A DNA stretch of 57,011 bases, from contig DATGHN010000078.1 of assembly GCA_035308005.1 (NCBI GenBank), forward strand, positions 1 to 57,011, written 5' to 3'. A program made the translations under genes and the position numbers. Numbering within the stretch: the first letter of the stretch is position 1; every line of letters begins with the position of its first letter. Shown here piece after piece: positions 51,758 through 57,011 of the stretch. The DNA is from Solirubrobacteraceae bacterium (GTDB lineage Bacteria; Actinomycetota; Thermoleophilia; Solirubrobacterales; Solirubrobacteraceae). The notes under the pieces are model-generated. The model made no database searches and was not told the origin of the DNA. It was given only the letters and a program-made list of their open reading frames with translations.

Positions 51758-52985
51758 CACGGTCATCGCCGACGGCAAGCCGAAGGCTCCGCGCCGCGCC
51801 GCAACCCGCGCACGTCAGCGCGCAGCGGTGACCGCGACGTTCGCCTCTCACGGGCTCCTGTTCGCGTCGTGGACGGCACACATTCCACACGTGAAGCTGG
51901 CGCTCGGCCTCTCGAACTCCGCCCTCGGTCTGGTGCTCTTGGCGACGCCGGTCGGCGCAGTCTGTTCGATGCTGGTCGCGCGGCGACTGCTTCCCACGCT
52001 GGCCAGCCGGGTGCTGATCCGTGTGTGCCTGTTGGGCTACTGCGCGACCGGTCCGCTCGCCGGCCTGGCGAGCACCCCGCTTCTCTTGGCGATGGCGTTG
52101 TTTGCCTGGGGCGCCTTCCAGGGGTCGCTGGACGTAGCGATGAACACACAGGCGGTGGCCGTCGAACGCGCCCAGCGCCGGCATCTCCTACCCAGCTTTC
52201 ACGGAGCGTGGAGCGTCGGCTCGTTCGCCGGGGCAGGCGTGGGCGCGCTGGCGGTCGCCGCCCACGTGTCACTGCAATCGCAGCTTCTGGTCCTCGCGCT
52301 GCCGGTCCTCGCAGCGGCAGCCACCCTCAACCACAGCCTGATCAACCGACAGGGCGAGATCGACACTCCCGAACAGGCGCGGACCGCCAGCCGCGGACGG
52401 CTTTCGCTACGCGGTGTAACGGTCGTCCTCGGTGCCACCGTTTTCGCCTGCATGCTCTGCGAGGGCGCAACAGCCGACTGGTCGGCTGTCTACCTCCGCG
52501 GGCCCGTCCACGCCGGCCCGGCCACCGCCGGTCTCGGCTACGCCGCGTTCGCACTGATCATGGCGGCGGTACGACTGAGCGGTGGACACCTCCTAGCGCG
52601 CCTCCCGGCCAACCGCCTCTTGCCCACCCTCGCGGCGCTGGGCACCGCTGCGATGGCCATCGCCCTCGCAGCCGATACGCAGCTCACGGCGCTGATCGGC
52701 TTCGCGTTCCTCGGCGCCGGCGTGGCGCTTGTCGTGCCCGCTGCGTTCAGTGCCGCCGGCAACCTTCCCGGCCTAGCTCCAGGCGTTGGCATCGCAACGG
52801 TTTCTGCCTACGGCTGGGCCGGCTTCGTATGCGGTCCCCCGTTGATCGGGACGCTGGCCGGTATCTCTGGCCTGCGCGCCGCACTTGCGGTCGTTCCCGC
52901 GCTCACCCTGATCATCACGCTCGTCACCGCACGCGTAGGCCTGATTCACTCACCGAGGCAGCGGCCCGCGACGGCGACGGCTTGA
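51750..52985 (+). CDS. MFS transporter
   Basis: ORF 51714..52985. GTG 51750 overlaps the DeoR 3' end by 8 nt. 12 hydrophobic segments. Start uncertain. Confidence 0.8.
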   Translation: MSDTVIADGKPKAPRRAATRARQRAAVTATFASHGLLFASWTAHIPHVKLALGLSNSALGLVLLATPVGAVCSMLVARRLLPTLASRVLIRVCLLGYCATGPLAGLASTPLLLAMALFAWGAFQGSLDVAMNTQAVAVERAQRRHLLPSFHGAWSVGSFAGAGVGALAVAAHVSLQSQLLVLALPVLAAAATLNHSLINRQGEIDTPEQARTASRGRLSLRGVTVVLGATVFACMLCEGATADWSAVYLRGPVHAGPATAGLGYAAFALIMAAVRLSGGHLLARLPANRLLPTLAALGTAAMAIALAADTQLTALIGFAFLGAGVALVVPAAFSAAGNLPGLAPGVGIATVSAYGWAGFVCGPPLIGTLAGISGLRAALAVVPALTLIITLVTARVGLIHSPRQRPATATA

Positions 52986-53002
52986 CGATCCAACCGCCGC
53001 GG

Positions 53003-54241
53003 CTACGCCTTGATCCAGACCGAGACGTGCGTCGGTTCGACGGCTCGGTTGACCGCCTCGAGGAGGTCGCCGCGGATAGCGTCGATCTCGACCGCGTCGC
53101 GCAGCCTGGCCGTGAACGCAGCGACGGTTGCTTCGGCGTCATATCGGGCGCGGTTGAAGCGGCGGTCGACGAGACGCTGAATGCGTTTGCGCAACGGGTT
53201 GAACAGAGCCGCGGCGGCAAGCGTCGAGGCCGCAACGCCGACCCTGCCTGAGAGCGCAAGTGTGTTGGTGCTCAGCGCGATGAGCCCGATGAATGTCCCG
53301 ACTAGGAGCGCGGTGAGGATCGCGTAGGAGAGCGTCCGACTGATCAGCCGGTCGATCTCATACAGCCGGTACTTGAGGATGCCGACGCCGATGCTGAGCG
53401 GCAACGCCACCCATCCGAGAAGAATCACGATCCACACAGCGCCAGGGGCCGAATTGGCAGCTCCGCTGGCGAGGAACAGCAAACCACCGACGCACCCCGC
53501 CCCGCCGCTCGCCAACCACTTCACCTGCTGGCGCCGGACGCCGCTCGAACCGCGGTAGCTCAGCACCTGGCGCACCACCGATGCGAGACACATCAACACA
53601 AAAACCCCCAATGTGATCGGCTGGGCGACCGCGACCCACGCCGCGGACCCGCTCGGGTTACGGGCGCCGACAATGCCACCTCCCGGCCACACCGGCGTGT
53701 TGCGCCCAAGTGCGGCCGCCGAGAGGCTCACACGAGTAGCCAGGTAGACCGCGAGTGCCACAAGTGCCAGTCGCAAAAGCCACTTCCAGCGCCCCCCGAG
53801 GCGGCCGTCGGGAAACAGCAGGATCACCAACGGCAGCAGCAGGAGCCCGGTAGCGAAACCTGTATCGAGGAGCACCGCGACCGGACCGAGCGGTGAGCCT
53901 CGATGGCCGAAGTGGTAGACGAAAACGGCGTAGTCAGACGTGACCGTGCCAAGCCCCGTCAGCAGCCCGACACCCTCGAGCAGCCATCCCATGGGGTTGC
54001 GCGGTTCGCGCCGCGCGACCACGACGCCCACCACCGTGAATGGAAGGATGAAGACGAACTCCAAACCGTTGTTGCCGAACGAGAGCGTGTGAATCGACGC
54101 CTCGAGCGGAATGTCTGCGGTCATCAGCAGCACAGTCAGCGCGCCTAGGAGCACCGCCGTGGTCGGCGACCGCAGACGAGTGTGCCCAGGCACGCCGCCA
54201 AGCCCGGCGGGCGGCCCGTGGCTTTTCTGTCGGCGGGACAC
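53003..54241 (-). CDS. Integral membrane protein resembling the input module of actinobacterial sensor kinases, without any kinase domain
   Basis: ORF track 53003..54241 (GTG). About 8 TM. The conserved tail ILKYRLYEIDRLISRTLSYAILTALL...FNPLRKRIQRLVDRRFNRARYDAEATVAAFTARLRDAVEIDAIRGDLLEAVNRAVEPTHVSVWIKA normally precedes HisKA_3/HATPase domains. Confidence 0.65.
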   Translation of the reverse strand: MSRRQKSHGPPAGLGGVPGHTRLRSPTTAVLLGALTVLLMTADIPLEASIHTLSFGNNGLEFVFILPFTVVGVVVARREPRNPMGWLLEGVGLLTGLGTVTSDYAVFVYHFGHRGSPLGPVAVLLDTGFATGLLLLPLVILLFPDGRLGGRWKWLLRLALVALAVYLATRVSLSAAALGRNTPVWPGGGIVGARNPSGSAAWVAVAQPITLGVFVLMCLASVVRQVLSYRGSSGVRRQQVKWLASGGAGCVGGLLFLASGAANSAPGAVWIVILLGWVALPLSIGVGILKYRLYEIDRLISRTLSYAILTALLVGTFIGLIALSTNTLALSGRVGVAASTLAAAALFNPLRKRIQRLVDRRFNRARYDAEATVAAFTARLRDAVEIDAIRGDLLEAVNRAVEPTHVSVWIKA

Positions 54242-54342
54242 AGCGCGCCGGAAACTAGCGAGTCCGGCGTTCCGAAACCGTTACGAAGGCCGATCGCAGC
54301 CCTCGGCCGGCGGACGTGCTACTGCGTGCGAGATCTGCGCTG

Positions 54343-54378
54343 GATTGGCGTTTCGCTTCCGATTGGCGTTTCGGTTCC
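54343..54378. repeat. 18-bp tandem direct repeat (2 copies, 1 mismatch)
   Basis: gattggcgtttcgcttcc (54343-54360) followed by gattggcgtttcggttcc (54361-54378). It lies between the CMD-family stop (54384) and the membrane-protein start (54241). Confidence 0.8.
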
Positions 54379-54383
54379 GCCTG

Positions 54384-55007
54384 CTAGGCGACGTTCGCGA
54401 GGGCCGGGCCGACGGCGGGGCGATCGGGCGGCACGCAGACCATTCCTTCGCTGAAGCCGGCAGCCCCGATCCCGAAGGCTGCGTTGAAGCGGTCGAGGTT
54501 GACGAGCGTCAGGAATGCGGTGATCTCGACGAGCTGCGCGTCGCTGAAGTGCTGCTTCATCCGGTCGAACAGACCGTCTGTAACGTCGACTGGTGTGCGC
54601 ATCACGGCGACCGTGTAGTCGAGCGCAAGCTTCTCCGGTTCGCTGAACAGGTCGCTTTCGCGGTAGCGCGGCAGCGCGAGCAGCTCCTCGTCGCTAAGGC
54701 CGGAGTTGCGGCAGATTTGCGAGCCGAGGTCGACGCAGAACTCGCACCCGATCATCTGTGCGCCCTTGAGTTCGACCAGGTTCTTGAGCCGTTCATCGAT
54801 GGACCTGCCTTTGCGGATCGCCTGGTTGAACTTGCCCATCGCGAACATCATCTTCGGCTGGTGGGCCCAGATCTCCATCGGCTCGAGCCCGCTACCGGTC
54901 TGTGGCTTGCGGCCCGCCAGCCGCTTCATCATCCGCGGGCCGAGCCTGTACACGAGCTTGACCATCGGCCCGGCTTTGCTCTTCGATACTCCATCGATGC
55001 GTGCCAT
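54384..55007 (-). CDS. Carboxymuconolactone decarboxylase / AhpD-like family protein
   Basis: ORF track 54384..55007 (207 aa). VELKGAQMIGCEFCVDLGS (CxxC in the AhpD-like helix). Confidence 0.8.
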   Translation of the reverse strand: MARIDGVSKSKAGPMVKLVYRLGPRMMKRLAGRKPQTGSGLEPMEIWAHQPKMMFAMGKFNQAIRKGRSIDERLKNLVELKGAQMIGCEFCVDLGSQICRNSGLSDEELLALPRYRESDLFSEPEKLALDYTVAVMRTPVDVTDGLFDRMKQHFSDAQLVEITAFLTLVNLDRFNAAFGIGAAGFSEGMVCVPPDRPAVGPALANVA

Positions 55008-55145
55008 CGCGCGGCTCCTGTCACATGGGTGGGGGTCGGGGTCTCGGTCCTATGACCCGCGGAACCCGGGTGGTGTGACAGGGACGGATGACTCGAGCTC
55101 GCCAAGGGCTCTGCGGTGGCGAGGGCGCGACCTGCTTCGCAGGCG

Positions 55146-55745
55146 CTAAAGCGGCGGGACTTGCGCGGCTACCTGTGGCCCGTGATACAGGTGATCCTGG
55201 TCCAAGCACCCGGGGTCAAAGAAGAACTGCATGCTGTCGCTTCGGACCCCGTTGTAGCTGGCGTACATGATCACGCGGCCGCCAGTTCCGACCTTGCACC
55301 GCGGATCCGTGCTGGCGATCACGCGCAAGGACGTCTTGATGAGGTTCCCCGGGTAGCCCCACATCACCGCGACGTGGGAGTGGTAGCTGATCTGCGGCCC
55401 GACGCTCAGGACGATTCCGCGGGCGCGCCGGCCGTGCGCTGAAACGGTCTGGCAGATGTTGCCGGAGATCCAGTTGGTATCCAGGTTGATGTTCCCCCAG
55501 CCGTAAGAGAAACCGCTCGACCCGTTGGGGAATGGCTGCGTAGCGTGGAATCCCCACGGCGGGATGCCGCTACCCGGCGGGATCCCGCTACCCGAATACC
55601 AGGTGCAGTGGGGACCGGCACTCGCGGTCGCTGACGCGACCGCAAAGCTTGCCGCCGGCAGGGCGATGCACGGGGTGGCGATCAGGCAGATCAATCGGAA
55701 CCGTAGGCGCGACACGTATCCAATATCCCCGCCCGGGCGCGACAA
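55146..55745 (-). CDS. Secreted hypothetical protein
   Basis: ORF track 55146..55745. Signal peptide RLRFRLICLIATPCIALPAASFAVASATASA. Internal GSGIPPGSGIPP duplication. I recognise no family; start uncertain. Confidence 0.5.
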   Translation of the reverse strand: MSRPGGDIGYVSRLRFRLICLIATPCIALPAASFAVASATASAGPHCTWYSGSGIPPGSGIPPWGFHATQPFPNGSSGFSYGWGNINLDTNWISGNICQTVSAHGRRARGIVLSVGPQISYHSHVAVMWGYPGNLIKTSLRVIASTDPRCKVGTGGRVIMYASYNGVRSDSMQFFFDPGCLDQDHLYHGPQVAAQVPPL

Positions 55746-55891
55746 GCTCGCGAATTAGGCGAAAGTACGACGTGAAGGCGCCAGGGAGCGACTGCGGCTG
55801 GTCGCGCCCTTTGAGGCAGTCTGCCGCTCGTATTCGGCGAGGCTCGTCTTGCGCTCAGGTCTAGCGGTCCTCTCAGCGAGCGAGAATTGCC

Positions 55892-56764
55892 GTGTCAATG
55901 GCGGCGAAGCGGCTTCGACTTCGGTACGACGGAATCTGCTCGGGCTGCCGCGAATCGCTCCCGGCCGGAACACGCGCCTGGTGGGACGGCGACGCTCGCG
56001 CAATCACCTGCCTGCGTTGCCGTCCCGCGCCCGACGCGGAGACAAACCCGCCAAGCACTGACCAGGCTGGTGCCGGCGACCCGGCCGATGAGCCGCCGGA
56101 TGCAATTGCGACCGGCCAGGCCGGTTGGTCAGCCGCTGACGAACACGAGAAGCGCCATCGACGCCGCGAGGAGCGAATCGACCGACGGTGGGGTCGCCTC
56201 GCGGGCGTAATCAAGTTCTTCTCCGATGACCCCCAATCGATTCAGGCCTGGGCGAAGGGTGCCAAGGGCGAACGTCGTCTGGGCGAGAGGCTTGAGCGTG
56301 AGCTCGGTGATCGTGCCGTGGTGCTCCATGACCGCAAGGTCCCGCGAACTCGCGGCAACATCGACCACATCGTCGTCGCCGCTTCCGGCGTCTGGGTGAT
56401 CGACACGAAGGCCTACAAGGGCCGCGTCGAGCAGCGCGATCGGGGTGGAGTGCTCAAGACCGACCTGCGGCTCTTCGTAGGGCGCAGAGATAAGACCAAG
56501 CTTGCTGAGAGCCTCGGCTGGCAGATCGATGCGGTGCGCGCCGCACTCGGCGACCTCGAGGCGCCGGTCCGCGCGGTCCTGTGCTTTGTGGGAGGTGAGT
56601 GGAAGTACTTCTCGAAGCCGTTCGAACAGAGCGGCGCATGGGTTACCTGGCCCGCCAAACTGGTCGACATGGCCCTCGGGCCCGGAACGCTGAACGACGA
56701 TCAAGTTCAAGCAATCGCGCGCCGCATCGAAACCGCCCTGCCGCCCGCGGCGCCGACCGCCTGA
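55892..56764 (+). CDS. NERD (nuclease-related domain) protein with N-terminal CxxC...CxxC zinc ribbon
   Basis: ORF track 55892..56764 (GTG; ATG at 55898). Zn ribbon CSGC...CLRC. NERD core GERRLGERLERELGDRAVVLHDRKVPRTRGNIDHIVVAASGVWVIDTKAYKG. Confidence 0.75.
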   Translation: MSMAAKRLRLRYDGICSGCRESLPAGTRAWWDGDARAITCLRCRPAPDAETNPPSTDQAGAGDPADEPPDAIATGQAGWSAADEHEKRHRRREERIDRRWGRLAGVIKFFSDDPQSIQAWAKGAKGERRLGERLERELGDRAVVLHDRKVPRTRGNIDHIVVAASGVWVIDTKAYKGRVEQRDRGGVLKTDLRLFVGRRDKTKLAESLGWQIDAVRAALGDLEAPVRAVLCFVGGEWKYFSKPFEQSGAWVTWPAKLVDMALGPGTLNDDQVQAIARRIETALPPAAPTA

Positions 56765-56803
56765 CGTCGGACGCACTCCCAGGCTCGTGGTAGCTTGACG
56801 GCG

Positions 56804-57011
56804 GTGCCGTCTGTCAGCCGTCCCCGGTACCGAGCGCGATGGGTGCCGGTGGTGGCGCTCGTCGTCACCGTCATCGTGGTGCTCGTCATCGTGCTGAGCG
56901 GAAGCTCGTCGCCGACCATCGGTTTTGACGTTTCCTTTCCGCAGTGCTCGGGCTCCTACCCGTCGAACCCGCTGTTTGGGATCGTCGGCGTCAACGGCGG
57001 GCTGGCGAACA
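56804..57011 (+). CDS. Membrane-anchored hypothetical protein, N-terminal fragment (continues beyond the window)
   Basis: Manual translation from GTG 56804: VPSVSRPRYRARWVPVVALVVTVIVVLVIVLSGSSSPTIGFDVSFPQCSGSYPSNPLFGIVGVNGGLAN. The GFDVSFPQC start recalls GH25/DUF1906-like wall hydrolase domains. Weak call. Confidence 0.4.
   Translation, partial: MPSVSRPRYRARWVPVVALVVTVIVVLVIVLSGSSSPTIGFDVSFPQCSGSYPSNPLFGIVGVNGGLAN

Noticed and set aside
54343-54378. Possible CRISPR or minisatellite
   Set aside because: There are only two directly adjacent 18-bp copies with no spacers, and no cas genes anywhere in the window. It is reported as a tandem repeat / candidate regulatory site instead.
55557-55592. 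In-frame 18-nt tandem duplication encoding GSGIPPGSGIPP in the secreted hypothetical protein
   Set aside because: This is a single short duplication inside a CDS, probably replication slippage. There is no evidence of phase variation (only two copies, and the length is a multiple of 3).
1-57011. tRNA, rRNA, tmRNA, integrase, transposase, prophage or other mobile-element boundaries
   Set aside because: I scanned the intergenic regions by eye (838-989, 11448-11558, 29399-29487, 36385-36552, 41585-41851, 49256-49420, 49686-49964, 54241-54384, 55007-55146, 55745-55892). I saw no cloverleaf-like or rRNA-like sequence and no recombinase ORF. A covariance-model scan (tRNAscan-SE, Infernal/Rfam) would be needed to exclude small ncRNAs.

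Overview
High-GC (about 70% by eye) chromosomal segment of actinobacterial type. The dense packing and many 1-4 nt GTGA/ATGA start-stop overlaps suggest a Thermoleophilia/Solirubrobacterales-like Actinomycetota, but the taxon is inference only. I support about 56 protein-coding genes. I recognised no rRNA, tRNA, CRISPR array, integrase or transposase.

Gene blocks in order:
- (1) Sulfate-ester block: two arylsulfotransferase (ASST) paralogues around a Tat-sulfatase, plus a flippase-like membrane protein.
- (2) Metal block: Mn-type DtxR-family regulator, a non-canonical Nramp, a small ORF, and a divergent CDF exporter.
- (3) Orphan NarL-type response regulator.
- (4) Three-gene operon with a split cytochrome b whose second half carries a very large extracytoplasmic insertion.
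- (5) S9 peptidase, GNAT, and a short BLUF photoreceptor.
- (6) Second Tat-sulfatase, translationally coupled to a membrane-anchored SCO / degenerate Trx / TlpA triple-thioredoxin-fold protein.
- (7) GAF-PP2C-RsbW-like fusion plus STAS antagonist, chained by 4-nt overlaps to a Rieske protein and two amidohydrolase_2 genes.
- (8) Convergent, tightly packed 7-gene operon: amidase, MDR dehydrogenase, cupin, MFS, DUF3891-like, PuuE-like deacetylase, isochorismatase-like hydrolase.
- (9) DUF1348 protein, a secreted Cys protein, and a glycine-rich-domain secreted protein.
- (10) Arabinose/arabino-oligosaccharide locus (SBP, two permeases, GH127, MsiK-like ATPase, araA, LacI) with two copies of a striking tandem palindromic operator.
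- (11) Ribose-type ABC importer with its own LacI.
- (12) Miscellaneous: cNMP-binding TrxR-like flavoprotein lacking the CxxC, YdeI-like protein, P-loop protein with Walker-A Lys->Asn, DeoR+MFS, kinase-less sensor-type membrane protein, AhpD/CMD protein, NERD protein.

The candidates for something undescribed that I can best support are the STAS/PP2C-Rieske-amidohydrolase chain, the insertion-bearing split cytochrome b operon, the SCO/Trx-sulfatase coupling and the non-canonical Nramp. All family calls come from motif recognition by eye; no searches were run.
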